From NCBI GenBank assembly GCA_030390025.1, contig CM059432.1, positions 103,914,001 to 103,978,000 on the forward strand: DNA of 64,000 bases, given 5' to 3'. A program made the translations under genes and the position numbers. Source of the stretch: Squalus acanthias. Taxonomy: Eukaryota. Below are positions 13,285 to 25,403 of the stretch, one piece after another (the stretch's first letter is position 1; each line of letters begins with the position of its first letter). The notes under the pieces were generated by a model, which was not told where the DNA came from, searched no databases, and was given only the letters and a program-made list of their open reading frames with translations.

Positions 13285-14430
13285 TTGATACTGCAACATT
13301 TCCAGCTTCACCATTGGAGGCAGCGGAGGCAGAGAGAGAGATTGGAAAACGTGACCCGAGGGAGGAGGGCCAACAGGGCTCTGCACAGGAGACCTTACCC
13401 TCCCAGGGTATTCCGGGAGCAGTTCTCCTACATTCATCTGTCAGAGGAGCCATGCCTTAGAAGGCTCCGCTTCAGTAAGGAGGTGGTCACAGAGCTCTGC
13501 CACCTCCTGCAGCCAGAGCTCCAGCCTCAGCTCAGGACCAGGATATCTCTCTCAATGGCAGCGAAGATCACAGTCGCTCTCAATTTCTACGCCAGCGGCT
13601 CCTTCCAGGCTTCAACAGGGGATATTGCAAACATTTCACAGTTCGCTGTTCATTGCTGCATCCGGGAGGTAACAGACGCTCTCTACAGAAGGAGAAGGGA
13701 CTATATCTCATTCCCCATGACCAGAGACAAACAGCGTGAACGTGCATGTGGCTTCACTAGGATAGTGGGCTTCCCCATGGTTCAGGGCACCATTGACTGC
13801 ACCCATCACAATGCAGAGGTGTTCCGCAACCACAAAGGCTACCAATCTCTGAACATGCAGTTGGTGTGCGACCACAGACAGCACATCCTCGCCGTCAATG
13901 CCCGCAATCCTGGCAGCAGCCACGATGCATCCATCCTGCGCCAGACTGGTGTGCCAGCACTGTTCCACCCACCACATCAAACTCGGCGCTGGCTGCTCAG
14001 AGACAAAGGTTATCCACTCACCACCTGGCTGATGACACCCCTCCGCAACCCCAACACTCCTGCTCAGCACACATACAATGAGAGCCATAGCGCCACCAGG
14101 AACCTGATCGAACAGACTATCGGGGTGCTAAAGCAATGGTTCCACTGCCTTGACCGCTCTGGAGGAGCCCTGCAGTACTCCCCTGACCGAGTCTCCATTT
14201 TCATTGTTGTGTGCTGCATGCAGCACAACCTGTCCATTCTGAGGGCCCAGCCATTGTCACCAGGGATTGGTGCACCACCTCAGGAGGAGGAAGAGGGAGA
14301 GGAGGAGGAGGAGGCGGAGAAGGAGGATGAAGAGGAGGAGGAGCAGCACCAACGTAGAAGGGAGCCACTCAATCTTGCTTCTGCAAGGGCCGTTCATGAA
14401 CGCTCATTACACAGCGCTTTCAATAAATGA
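13285..14430 (+). CDS. Harbinger DDE transposase (DDE_Tnp_4 / HARBI1-like), probably defective
   Basis: 381-aa open frame with GTIDCTH, DKGY and RNLIEQTIGVLK catalytic motifs and an acidic C-terminal tail. Apparent short in-frame deletion after DCTH; the true start codon is unclear. Confidence 0.9.
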   Translation: MILQHFQLHHWRQRRQRERLENVTRGRRANRALHRRPYPPRVFREQFSYIHLSEEPCLRRLRFSKEVVTELCHLLQPELQPQLRTRISLSMAAKITVALNFYASGSFQASTGDIANISQFAVHCCIREVTDALYRRRRDYISFPMTRDKQRERACGFTRIVGFPMVQGTIDCTHHNAEVFRNHKGYQSLNMQLVCDHRQHILAVNARNPGSSHDASILRQTGVPALFHPPHQTRRWLLRDKGYPLTTWLMTPLRNPNTPAQHTYNESHSATRNLIEQTIGVLKQWFHCLDRSGGALQYSPDRVSIFIVVCCMQHNLSILRAQPLSPGIGAPPQEEEEGEEEEEAEKEDEEEEEQHQRRREPLNLASARAVHERSLHSAFNK

Positions 14431-14728
14431 GAGAGCTCATGGCATTTGCGCAGAACAACCACATCATTACAGCCAGCTCGCAGCCCCTATCACCGGGCAA
14501 AGGTCAAATGAGAAACAACACAAAATTTGCTATGTCGAAATAAACATTTATTATTCTGCACAACTCTCTCTTATCAAACACAACCAATAATAAACAAACA
14601 CAACAATTTATGAGCAAACACAACTGGTTCTTAGCAAACAGAACTATTTCTTACCAAACTGAACAATATATTTACAAGCACATCAACTTTTGTACACACA
14701 CTCCCCCCATTTGCTATTAACATTTTAT

Positions 14729-17700
14729 TTACTGGGCCTTCCTCAATGATTTCCCTCCCCATTGCAATTCCCCCCTCCCAACCCTACTGCTCCTCCGTAA
14801 TGTGACCCAAGTGGCTGCAGCAAGGCTGGTGGAAGGCTGCTGAGTCTGGGAGGCAGAGACTGCAGATGGCCTTGCAGGACGCCCTCGACCAGCTCTGGGC
14901 CTGGAAGGCTTGGCTGCAGACTGCACCACCTCAGCATGGCTGGGTTACAGGCTGCAGCAAGTGCAATGGTGGAGTGGCAGTGGTGGAAGCAGAAATGCTG
15001 TCATCCTGAGAGAGGACAGCACCTTCCTGCTCGACAGACACACTGCCACCCCCCCGGGGCAGAACCTCAGCATCCGGAGCAATCTGCTCGAGCACAGGTT
15101 GCTGGCCTGCTGTGGCACTGTGAGATCCCCGATGGACTGTGGGCGACCCAGCGACGATGGCAGCAGTCAGCACTTGCGTGGCATCAATCTGAGACTGCAT
15201 GAGAGCAGTCGGAGATTGGATGCCACCAACCACTGACTCCATTACAGCACTAAGCCGTTGTGTTGCTTCGGCCTGTGCTGCAATAGCTGATTCCACCTCA
15301 CCCATGAAATGCAGCATGAGGTCTGTGTCCCCACAGTCTCTCTGCGAGTCAACCATCCTCTGCAAAGCGCCAAGGATGGGCTCGATGGTTTGCGCAGAGA
15401 TGACTGCAATGCTGGAGGCAGTCTCCTCCACGCTCCTAGCCAGTGCATCCATGCTCTTGGGCACCTTTGCCACTGCACCCATGAGCTCAGTATGCATGCT
15501 CATCGCCTGTGTGGTCATCGCCGTCCTCATCTGAGTCCTGTGCAGCAGAACTCATGCACGCAATCACCCTCCGGGGAGATAGCCCCCGAGTTCCCTTTCC
15601 CCATGGCATTGCTGCAGCCCGCTGGGTCCCGGAGCTTCACCCACATCAGAGCCAATTCCTCTGCTCCCCTCCAGTGACTGCGTGGCCTCATTATCGGATG
15701 TCTCGCCCTCAGGAGACACAGGCAGTGAGGCTCCGGCTTGGTGTTCCTCCTCCTCTCCCGCGTCACTGCAACTAGGAGGCTGAGGGACAGGCTGGTCAGA
15801 TGGTGGCTGATTATCTGAAAGCATTAAGGTACAAGAGTGTATTTAACGTCAGGGGAGGGGCGCAGGAAGGGAGCAAGGAATGGAGACAGTATAATTAGAT
15901 GGAAAGTGGGAAGGGCTTGTGTTGCGAGGGGGAAGTGGTATGAGAGAAGATGGAGAGGTGATGAACATACCGTTGTTGTCCCCAAGGGGGTTGACCTCTC
16001 CGACTGCCACAGCGCCCAAGACCTGGGCTGCGATGATTTTACAATTCAGCAAAGGAGGACCAAGAAATTGATAAAGAGAGGGAAAATAGAATGAGAGTGA
16101 ACTAGCGAGAGACATAAAAACAGACTGTAAAAGCTTTTATAGGTATGTAAAAAGGAAAAGATTAGCGAAAGTAAATGTGGGTCCCTTACAGGCTGAGACA
16201 GGAGAAATTATAATGGGGAATAAGGAAATGGCAGAGAAATTAAACAAATATTTGTGTCTGTCTTCATGGAAGAAGATGCAAAAAACTTCCCGGAATTAGT
16301 GGAGAACCAAGGGTCTAGTGAGAATGAGGAACTGAAAGAAATTAGTATTCGTAAAAAAGTAGTACTGGAGAAGTTAATGGGACTGAAAGCCAATAAATCC
16401 CCTGGACCTGATGGCTTACAACCTAGGGTTTTGAAAGAGTTGGCTGTAGAGATAGTGGATGCATTGTTTGTCATTTTCCAAAATTCCATAGATTCTAGAA
16501 CGGTTCCTGCGGATTGGAAGGTAGCAAATGTAACCCCACTATTTAAGAAAGGAGGGAGAGAGAAAACGGGGAATGACAGACCAGTTAGCCTGACATCAGT
16601 AGTAGGGAAAATGCCAGAATCTATTATTAAGGACATGGTAACAGGACACTTAGAAAATAATAATAGGATTGGGCAGAGTCAACACGGATTTATGAAAGGG
16701 AAATCGTGTTTGACAACTCTATTAGAGTTTTTTGAGGTTGTAACTCGCAGAATAGATAAGAGAGAACCAATGGATGTGATGTATTTGGATTTTCAGAAGG
16801 CATTCGATAAAGTGCCACACAAGAGGTTATTAAACAAAATTAGGGCTCATAGGATTGGGGGTAATATACTAGTATGGATTGAGAATTGGTTAACGGACAG
16901 AAAACAGAGAGTAGGAATAAACGGGTCATTTTCGGGTTGGCAGGCTGTAACTGGTGGGGTACCGCAAGGGTCAGTGCTTGGGCCTCAGCTATTCACAATC
17001 TACATCAATGATTTGGATGAGGGGACCAAATGTAATATATCCAAGTTTGCTGATGATACAAAGCTGCATGGGAATGTAAGTTGTGAGGAGGATGCAAGGA
17101 GGCTTCAAGGGATATAGACAGGCTCAGTGAGTGGGCAAGAACATGGCAAATGGAATATAATGTGGAGAAATGTGAAGTTATCCACTTTGGTAGGAAAAAT
17201 AGAAAAGCAGAGTATTTTTTAAAATGGTGAGAGATTGGGAAATGTTGGTGTTCAGAGGGACCTGGGTGTCCTTATACACGAATCACTGAAAGTTAACATG
17301 CAGGTAACAGCAAGCATTTAGGAAAGCAAATGGTATGTTGGCCTTTATTACAAGAGGATTTGAGTATAAGAGTAAATACATCTTTCTGCAATTATATAGG
17401 GCTCTGGTGAGACCACACCTGGAGTATTGTGTACAGTTTTGGTCTCCTTACCTAAGGAAGGCTTCACTTAACATAGAGAGAGTGCAACAAAGGTTCACCA
17501 GACTGGTTCCTGGGATGGGGGGATTGTCCTATGAGGACAGATTGAGTAGACTAGGCCTATATTCTCTAGAGTTTAGAAGAATGAGAGGTGATCTCATTGA
17601 AACATACAAAATTCTTACAGGGCTTGACAGGGTACATGCAGGGAGGATGTTTTCCCTGGCTGGGGAGTCTAGAACCAGGGGTAACTGTCTCAGAATAAGG

Positions 17701-18548
17701 GGTCGGCCATTTAGGACTGAGATGAGGAGAAATTTCTTCACTCAGAGGGTGGTGAATCTTTGGAATTCTCTACCCCAGAGGGCTGTGGAGGCTCAGTCGT
17801 TGAGTATATTCAAGACAGAGATCGATAAATTTTTTAATATTTAGGGAATCAAGGGATATGGGGATAGTTGAGGAAAGTGGAGATGAGGTAGAAGATCAGC
17901 CACGATTTTATTGAATGGCGGAGCAGGCTCGAAGGGCCAAATGGCCTATTCCTGCTCCTATTTTATATGTTCTTATGATACTGCGTACTCGCTCCTCCAG
18001 CTGTGTAAGGGGGTGCAGCTCCATCTGACCTCCTCCTGTGTATTGCTGCTCCCTCCTGTTATGGGCAAGCTTGGCCTGCAAGAAAAAAGGACAGTGTGTG
18101 AGTGAGTGCACAGCTATGTGTTTGACAGATGTGCCTACCATAGTTGAATAGCTGTTAATGTATGCAAGGTGTGAGATGTGGGTGTGACGTTTAGTAGATG
18201 GGCATAGTTGGTGGGTGAATGTTGGGGAATTGGCGGTTTATACCATCTGTGTACAGAGTGAGGTTGAGATGGTGGGATGTAGAGGTTTTTGAAGCATGTA
18301 CTCACCTGAACCACGAAAGTGAGGTCGTTGAACTTCTTGCAGCACTGGGTGTGAGTCCTTTGGTCCACACTTCTGGCCGAGACGTACTGAGCCACCTCCC
18401 TCCACATCCTTCTGAACTCCTGCAGCAATGGCCTCCTGCCAGTGTCTGGGAACAGCACTGCCCATCGCCGTTCCACAGCCACAACCAGAGCCTCCAATGC
18501 CTGGTCGCTAAACTGGAGAGCTCTCTCCCTGGGCCTCTGAGCAGCCAT
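14729..18548 (-). pseudogene. Harbinger Myb/SANT-like DNA-binding gene, 3 exons (18548-18306; 18075-15971 split by CR1; 15814-14729)
   Basis: Exon 1 FSDQALEALV...WREVA...QCCKKFNDL (Myb/SANT-like); exon 2 AKLAHNRREQQYTGGG; canonical GT/AG junctions; frameshifts in exon 3. Confidence 0.88.
16038..17974 (+). mobile_element. 5'-truncated CR1 LINE inserted in Myb exon 2
   Basis: RT motifs [10 protein letters not shown] and FADD; CR1 3' hairpin/tail. ATGAT is duplicated at 16033-16037 and 17975-17979, and removing the insert restores RSIIAAQV. Confidence 0.95.
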
Positions 18549-19136
18549 GAGATTTGTGGTTGATGGATTGCAGCTCCTTGCAGGCCCAGGTCACAAGCAG
18601 CAATGATCAGAGTGAGGCTGTGCAGCATGATTGAACCACCCCTTTAAGAACTGGAAGGCACCAGTCTGTCTGAGTACTTGTAATTGGCAGCGCCTGAACT
18701 TGAGTAGCGCTCTGCAGTAGCGCCCCGCTCCCCAACGTTAGCGTCCTAAGATAAGTGTGTAGCGCTTGATTTAGCGCTACACTTCCCTCTTGGGAGCGCT
18801 AAAACTGAATTTCGCGGTCGCCAAAGCTAATTAGCGCCGGGCGCTGTTAGCGCCCCAAAATGGTCGATACCGAATTTTTCCCCCTAAGAATCTTTCTTCT
18901 GTATCAAATTCACTTACATTGCCTGACAGGAGAAAATCGAACTATTTTGTCCTGACAGGGAATAGTCTACAAGCAATTAAGATATGCAAAGGTGATCATC
19001 CCCTTTGAAGTGGTAGTCACTCTCTAGTCAGGATTTGTGTCTTCCTTACCTAGCCTACACAGAAAGACAAAATATGCCTCGGTAGAGTGCTGCTAACAGA
19101 AACCCAGGTTTAAATTTGTTAAAGTACATACTTTTC

Positions 19137-19459
19137 AGCCTTGGCTCAGTGGTAGCACTCTCACCTCTGACTGTCAAGGTTATGGGTTCAAGCCCCCTTC
19201 TAGAGACTTGAGCACACAATCTAGGCTGCCACTTCAGTGTAGTAGTGCTGCACTGTCATGGGTCCTGTCTTTCAGATATGATGTTAAACTGTCTGCCCTC
19301 TCAGGTGAATGTAAACGATCTATATGAAGAAGAGTAGGGGAGTTTTCCCAGTGTCCTGCCCAACATTTATCCCTTAACCAACAGATAATTTGATCATTTA
19401 TCTCATTGCTGTTTGTGGGGCATTGCTGTAGGTAAATTGGCTGCCACATTTCCCTACAT
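19137..19459 (+). mobile_element. DeuSINE 5' part; continues at 24697-24780
   Basis: A box TGGCTCAGTGG and B box GGTTCAAG; the sequence resumes (ccctgcattacaacagtg) after the hAT insertion. Confidence 0.85.
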
Positions 19460-19922
19460 CAGGGCTCGCAACCTTTTTGCTTCTGAGGTCCCTCTCCCAT
19501 GTTATAAAAATTCCATGGACCCCCTGTAACACAACACAAGCATTTTTCTGTATATACATTAGTTATACAATTAAACATATATATTTATTATTATTTTTGT
19601 TCTACTTAATGTGAAACTTGTTGCTGGTGCTGAGCAACAATTCTGTCAAGATTTGACAGATTCTTATAATACAGTATAACATCAGCTAACATGAATATTA
19701 ACTTAGAATATATCAGTGCTAATTCATTAAACATAAATGGCCTCCCACAATTGTGTTGTATATTGGACAGGATTACAGTTAATGCAAAATCTCAAGGGTT
19801 GGAGAGAATTTTTAATTATGCCTAAAATTAATTTAGAAAACAATACATTTCTTACTCAAATAAAAACAGAAAATGCTGGAAATACTCAGCAGGTCAGGCA
19901 GCATCTATGGAGAGAGAAACAG

Positions 19923-19959
19923 AGTTAACGTTTCAGGTCGATGACCCTTCGTCAGAACT
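19923..19959 (-). ncRNA. Minimal hammerhead ribozyme motif in the inverted pLTR
   Basis: Reverse complement is identical to the motif at 8855-8891. Confidence 0.75.
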
Positions 19960-20251
19960 GGAAAAAGCTGGAGATGGAACAGGTTTTTAAGCAAGTGCAG
20001 GGGCAGGGAAAGGGGGGAGAGGAAAGAACAAAAGGGAAGGTCTGTGATAGGATGGAAGGCAGGAGCGATTAAGAGACATTAAGAGAGATTAAGAGATGGT
20101 GCAAGGCAAAAGGAGATGATAATGGGACAAGTTAAGAAACAAAAGATGGCTCTAGATGAAGTGTAAATGGCACTGGCAGAATGAAAGACAGCTGGCATGT
20201 CGGAGCGAGAAAAATAATAAAATAAATGGAAAAAAAGGATAGGGGCAGAGG

Positions 20252-20822
20252 TTATGGTCTGAAATTGTTGAACTGTATGTTGAGTTCAGAAGGCTGTAAA
20301 GTGCCTAATCGAAAGATGAGGTGCTGCTCCTCAAGCTTATGTTGAGCTTCATTGGAACAGTGTAAGAGGCCGAGGACGGTGAGGTCTGAGTGGGAGTGGA
20401 GCAGAGAATTAAAGTGACAGGCGACCGGAAGCTCAGGGTCACCCTTACGGACTGAACGGAGGTGTTCCGCAAAGCGGTCACCCAATCTGCATTTGGTCTC
20501 CCCAATGTAGAGAAGACCGCATTGTGAGCAGCGAAAAAAGTATACTAAATTGCAAGAAGTACAAGTAAATCGTTGTTTCACCTGGAAGGAGTGTTTGGGG
20601 CCCTGGACAGTGGGAAGGGTGGAGGTAAAAGGGCATGTGTTGCATCTCCTGCGCTTGCACGGGAAGGTGCCGGGCAAAGGGGAAGGGGTGTTGGGGGTGA
20701 TACAGGAGTGGACCAGGGTGTCGCGGAGGGAGTGGTCTCTTCGGAATGCTGAAAGGGGAGGTGAGGGGAAGATGTGTTTGGTGGTGGGATCACGCTGGAG
20801 GTGGCAGAAATGGCAGAGGATG
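20252..20822 (-). pseudogene. Penelope GIY-YIG endonuclease domain fragment
   Basis: CKRRRCNTC ... NLVYFFRCSQCGLLYIGET..RL..RF.EH ... HFN ... LN motifs. Confidence 0.9.
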
Positions 20823-21669
20823 AAAAGGCTATTGACAAACATTCACTATGAGCCCACTGACTCCCACAGCTACCTGGACTACACTTCTCCCACCCCACTT
20901 CCTGTAAGGACTCTATTCCATTCTCCCAGTTTCTCCATCTCCGCCGCATCTGCTCTGACGATGCCACCTTCCATACTAGCGCTTCCGACATGTATTCCTT
21001 TTTCCTCAACCGAGGATTCCCCTCTACCGTGGTTATCACAGCCCTTGACTGTGTCCGTTCTATTTCCCGCACTTCTACTCTCACCCCTTCCCCTCCCTCC
21101 CGGAACCACGATAGGGTTCCCCTTGTCCTCACCTTTCACCCCACCAGCCTCCACATTCAGCGGATCATCCTCCGCTCAGTCCATAAGGGTGACCCCGAGC
21201 TTCCGGTCGCCTGTCACTTTAATTCTCTGCTCCACTCCCACTCAGACCTCACCGTCCTCGGCCTCTTACACTATTCCAATGAAGCTCAATGTAAGCTCGA
21301 GGAACAGCACCTCATCTTTCAATTAGGCACTTTACAGCCTTCTGGACTCAACATACAGTTCAACAATTTCTGACCATAACCTCTGCCCCCTATCCTTTTT
21401 TTCCATTTTTTTTTCTCTCTCTCCCACATGGCAGCTGTCTTTCATTCTGCCAGTGTCATTTACACTTCATCTAGAGCCATCTTTTGTTTCCTAACTTGTC
21501 CCATTATCATCTCCTTTTGCCTTGCACCTTCTCTTAATCTCTCTTAATGTCTCTTAATCTCTCCTGCCTTCCAGCCTATCACAGACCTTCCCTTTTGTTC
21601 TTTCCTCCCCTCCCCCCTTTCCCTGCCTCTGCACTTGCTTAAAAACCTGTTCCATCTCCAGCTTTTTCC

Positions 21670-21706
21670 AGATCTGACAAAGGGTCATCGACCTGAAACG
21701 TTAACT
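21670..21706 (+). ncRNA. Hammerhead motif with a mutated core (CUGACAA), probably inactive
   Basis: agat-ctgacaa-agggtcatcgacct-gaaa-cgtt-aact. Confidence 0.6.
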
Positions 21707-22041
21707 CTGTGTCTCTCTCTAAAGATGCTGCCTGACCTGCTGAGTATTTCCAGTATTTTCTGTTTTTATTTCAGATTTCCAGCATCCGCAGTATTTTGCT
21801 TTTACATTTCTTACTCAGCTGTGCTCAGCTCAATAAGGTGTCACCGCAGATTTTAATGAATTAGCTTTGTGTTTTGCCTCGGTGATTTTATAGGTTATAT
21901 TTAACTGTGAAATTATATAAAACCAGTGGATAATCGGTTTTCAATGTAAATGTCTCTTGGTTTGTTAATTTCTTACTCTGTCACTGAGTCCCATGTTACG
22001 GGCAGTAAATTACTGTGGAATGTGAATTATTTCGGTGCACT

Positions 22042-23265
22042 TAGAATCATCGAATGGTTACAGCACAGAAGGAGGCCATTTGGCTCGCCGAGCCCGTGCT
22101 GGCTCTCTGCAAGAGCACCTCAGCTAGTCCCGCTCCCCGCCCTTTCCACATAGCACTGCAATTTTTTTCCTTCAGGTACTTGATTGAATCTGCCTCCACC
22201 TCCCTCTCAGGCAGTGCATTCCAGATCCTAACCACTCGCTGCGTAAAAAAGTTTTTCCTCATGTCGTCTTTGGTTCTTCCGCCAATCACTTTAAATCTGT
22301 GTCCTCTGGTTCTCAACCCTTCCGCCAATGGGAACAGTTTCTCTCTATCTACTCTGTCTAGACCCCTCATGATTTTGAACACCTCTATCAAATCTCCTCT
22401 CAACCTTCTCTGCTGTAAGGAGAACAACCCCAGCTTCTCCAGTCTATCCATATAACTGAAGTCTCTCATCCCTGGAACCATTCTCGTAAATCTTTTCTGC
22501 ACCCTCTCTAAGGCCTTCACATCCTTCCTAAAGTGCAGTGCCCAGAATTGGACACAATACTCCAGTTGAGGTCGGACCAGTGTTTTATAAAGGTTCATCA
22601 TAACTTCCTTGCTTTTGTACTCTGCCTCTATTTATGAAGCCCAGAATCCCATATGCTTTTTTAACCACTTTCTCAGCCTGCCCTGCCACCTTCAACTATT
22701 TGTGCACATAAACCCCCAGGTCTCCCTGTTCATGTAACCCCTTTAGATTTGTACCCTTTAGTTTATATTGCCTCTCCTCATTCTTCCTACCAAAATGTAT
22801 CACTTCGCACTTTTCTGCATGAAATTTCATCTGCCACGTGTTCGCCCATTTCACCAGCCTGTCTATATCCTCTTGAAGTCTATCACTATCCTCCTCACTG
22901 TTCACTATACTTCCAAGTTTTGTGTCATCTGCAAATTTTGAATTTGTACCCTATACACCTAAGTCCAAGTCATTAATATATATCAAGAAAAGCAGTGGTC
23001 CTAGAACCGACCCCTGGGGGACACCACTGTATACCTTCCTTCCGTCCAAAAAACAACCGTTCACCACTACTCTCTGTTTCCTGTCACTTAACCAATTTTG
23101 TATCCATGCTGCCACTGTCCCTTTTATTCCATGCGCTTCAATTTTGCTGGCAAGCCTATTATGTGGCACTTTATCAAACACCTTTTGGAAGTCCATGTAC
23201 ATCACATCAACCGCATTGCCCTCATCAACTCTTTCTGTTACCTCTTCAAAAAACTCAATCAAGTT
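22042..23265 (-). mobile_element. CR1 LINE 3' fragment
   Basis: ORF pieces [21 protein letters not shown] and LYKTLVRPQLEYC; CR1 tail. Confidence 0.95.
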
Positions 23266-23655
23266 CGTAAAATTGTTTTCAGGAAACTAAATCTTACAAG
23301 GTTTGGAAGACTGTAGACAGAGAGGGAGGAATTTTTGGAAGTGAAAGAGAGTTTTTCAAATTAATATCATTTTAATTTTGAAGTGGGGAAAGAGTTAAAA
23401 CAACATCACTGGCAGCTCACAGAATGGTGTAAGAGAGGCAGTTGCTGACATGAAAGACCACATCCATAAGGTGTGGTCAAGATAACCGACCTATGAGACT
23501 AAAAACAACTCAGTTGAGACATGATGTCTAGCACCTCAGCTGCCCTTATGGTTTTGTTATCTGGGTCACAATGCTTCCAAGTTATTTTTTAATCAGCGTT
23601 CAGCAGTTTGGGCTAATAATTGAGTATGCAGCTTACACATGTTTACCTTAGGACA

Positions 23656-23887
23656 TGTAACCCAATCCGTGAAGGTGCATGCGGGCCAAGATCCAATCAG
23701 GTTGCGGGAATGAATTGTACATGAGGCCGCCATGCTTATTTGAATGTATAAAAATGTAGTGCTTGCTGTAACAATTTGGAGAAGTCTGGCTAAGACAGAG
23801 CAGATTGTCTCCCCACCAGTGTAATAAAGACAACTTGACTATCGATCTGAAACCCTTGTGTCGAGTGTTGGTTTAAAATACTCCACA
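23656..23887 (+). mobile_element. Possible short solo LTR
   Basis: TG...CA ends with internal TATAAAA and AATAAA; no matching TSD found. Confidence 0.35.
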
Positions 23888-24205
23888 TCAATTTCAAAGA
23901 ACGTGCAGAGTTGACGTGATTGGAAATTGACAAGAGATCAATTAGAAATCAAACAGCTTCATTGAAATTGACAGATTGTACAGACCTATCTGGTGAGAGC
24001 ACGATTGTTGCACCATTTGTGGCTGTTCTGTTTCTGTGCGCCTGCTCACTGTGTGAGAATCAGGAGTCCTCCTGACTGGTTGTAAACCTTCTGATTCATT
24101 CTCCTGTATTTCAGGGAGTGCAGTTTGACCCATTTACAGTGCATGACAGGCCAGTGCAGAACGTTCCCCCCTTTGGCGAACCCCTTGAAACCTTCACATG
24201 GACCT

Positions 24206-24657
24206 GGCAACACGGTGGCATAGTGGTTAGCACTGGTGCCTCACAGCGCCAGGGACCCGGGTTCGAATCTGACCTCGGGTGACTGTCTGTGTGGAGTTTG
24301 CACATTCTCCCCGTGTCTGCATGGGTTTCCTCCGGGTGCTCCGGTTTCCTCCCACAGTCCAAAAATGTGCGGGTTAGGTTGATTTGGCTATGATAAATTG
24401 ACCCTTAGTGTTAGGGGGATTAAATATGTGGGGTTATGGGGATAGGATGGGATATGTTAGGGGGAATTAAATACGTGGGGTTACGGGGATAGGGTGGGAT
24501 ATGTGTCGGTGCAGGCTCGATGGGGATTCTGTGTGAGGGGGCAGGGACAGGGTGCTGGATTTGAATGATCAGCCATGATCGTATTGAATGGTGGAGCAGG
24601 CTCGACGGGCCGAATGGCCTACTCCTGCTCCTAGATTCTATGTTTCTATGTTTCTAT
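24206..24657 (+). mobile_element. V-SINE (HE1-like) with CR1-derived tail
   Basis: A box TGGCATAGTGG, B box GGTTCGAATC, V-domain ctgtgtggagtttgcacattctccccgtg, and a tail shared with CR1 ending in (TTTCTATG)n. Confidence 0.9.
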
Positions 24658-25403
24658 GACCCCTAGGGGGCCGTTGACCCCAGTTGAGAACCGCTGCCCT
24701 GCATTACAACAGTGAATACACTTCCAAAGTACTTAATTTGCTCTGAAACACTTTGGGATATCCTGAGGTTGTGAAAAGTGAAAGAGTAAATAAGGAGAAA
24801 CTGTTTCCACTGGCAGGAGAGTCGGTAACCAGTGGACACAGATTTAAGATAATTGTCAAAAGAACCAGAGGGGCGATGAGGAGAATTTTTTTTAACATAG
24901 CGAGATGTTGGCTCGTAATTTGCGGTCAGAGGCGAAGCTGGCCCCAAAGTAAGCTTCCCACAAAGATCTCGCGATCTCTGTGGCGAGAAGTTCAGCTTTT
25001 CGGACGTGCAGTTGGGATCAGGGTAGTTTAGTGAGAATCCCACAGTGTGAGCTGCTGTGATGTCAACAAGCTGTCTAAGTAGCCAATCACATTGCAGAAT
25101 TCTCACAGACAGGGAACCAGAAAATAGAAAGCACTAATAATCAATCTTTTTCTAAAAAAAACTCTTGTTTCTCTCGCCACAGATGCTGCCTGACCTGCTG
25201 AGTATTTCCAGCATTTTCTGTTTTTATCTCTGTTTTCCTTTATGATCTTCCTTTAAAATACCTATTAATTCCCTTGTAAATGATGTTACAATCTCTGCCT
25301 CAATAGCCATTTCTGATAAGGCATTGCATAATCTAATAGCACTCTATGTGAAAACATTTCTGCTACTTCCCCTTTCATTCTACTAGTGCTGATCCTGACT
25401 CTA

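Larger units (their letters stand above)
12844..18883 (+). mobile_element. PIF/Harbinger DNA transposon, autonomous-type layout, containing a nested CR1
   Basis: 14-bp TIRs GGGGAAAAATTTGG / GGGGAAAAATTCGG; TAA on the right flank (left flank does not match); convergent transposase and Myb-like genes. Confidence 0.93.
19859..21802 (+). mobile_element. Penelope-like retroelement, 5'-truncated, with an inverted upstream pLTR
   Basis: 15-bp TSD tacatttcttactca (19844-19858 and 21803-21817). About 600-bp inverted repeat (19859-20460 vs 21172-21771) and a ~30-bp 3' tail extension. GIY-YIG coding sequence on both strands. Confidence 0.93.
19460..24696 (-). mobile_element. hAT (Charlie/Buster-like) transposon, decayed, with nested elements
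   Basis: Termini CAGGGCTCGCAACC and CAGCGGTTCTCAAC (reverse complement). 8-bp TSD ccctacat (19452-19459) / ccctgcat (24697-24704). The minus-strand remnant NLDRIVAQHQQQVSH* ending near 19606 resembles Charlie-type C-termini. Confidence 0.85.

Noticed and set aside
13285..14430. Domesticated host gene HARBI1
   Set aside because: It lies between TIRs next to a decayed Myb partner and appears to have a deletion beside the first catalytic Asp, so it is a transposon copy.
16208..16636. Antisense ORFs over CR1 copies (also 46730-47065, 58510-58824, 59071-59475)
   Set aside because: These are shadow frames of RT coding sequence with no recognisable domain.
18135..18548. Host MSANTD/NAIF1-like gene
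   Set aside because: It is inside Harbinger TIRs, is disrupted by CR1 and frameshifts, and has several paralogues within the window.
24206..24280. tRNA genes (also near 19140 and 51100-51180)
   Set aside because: The A/B boxes run on into SINE or LINE bodies, and I could not build a complete cloverleaf.
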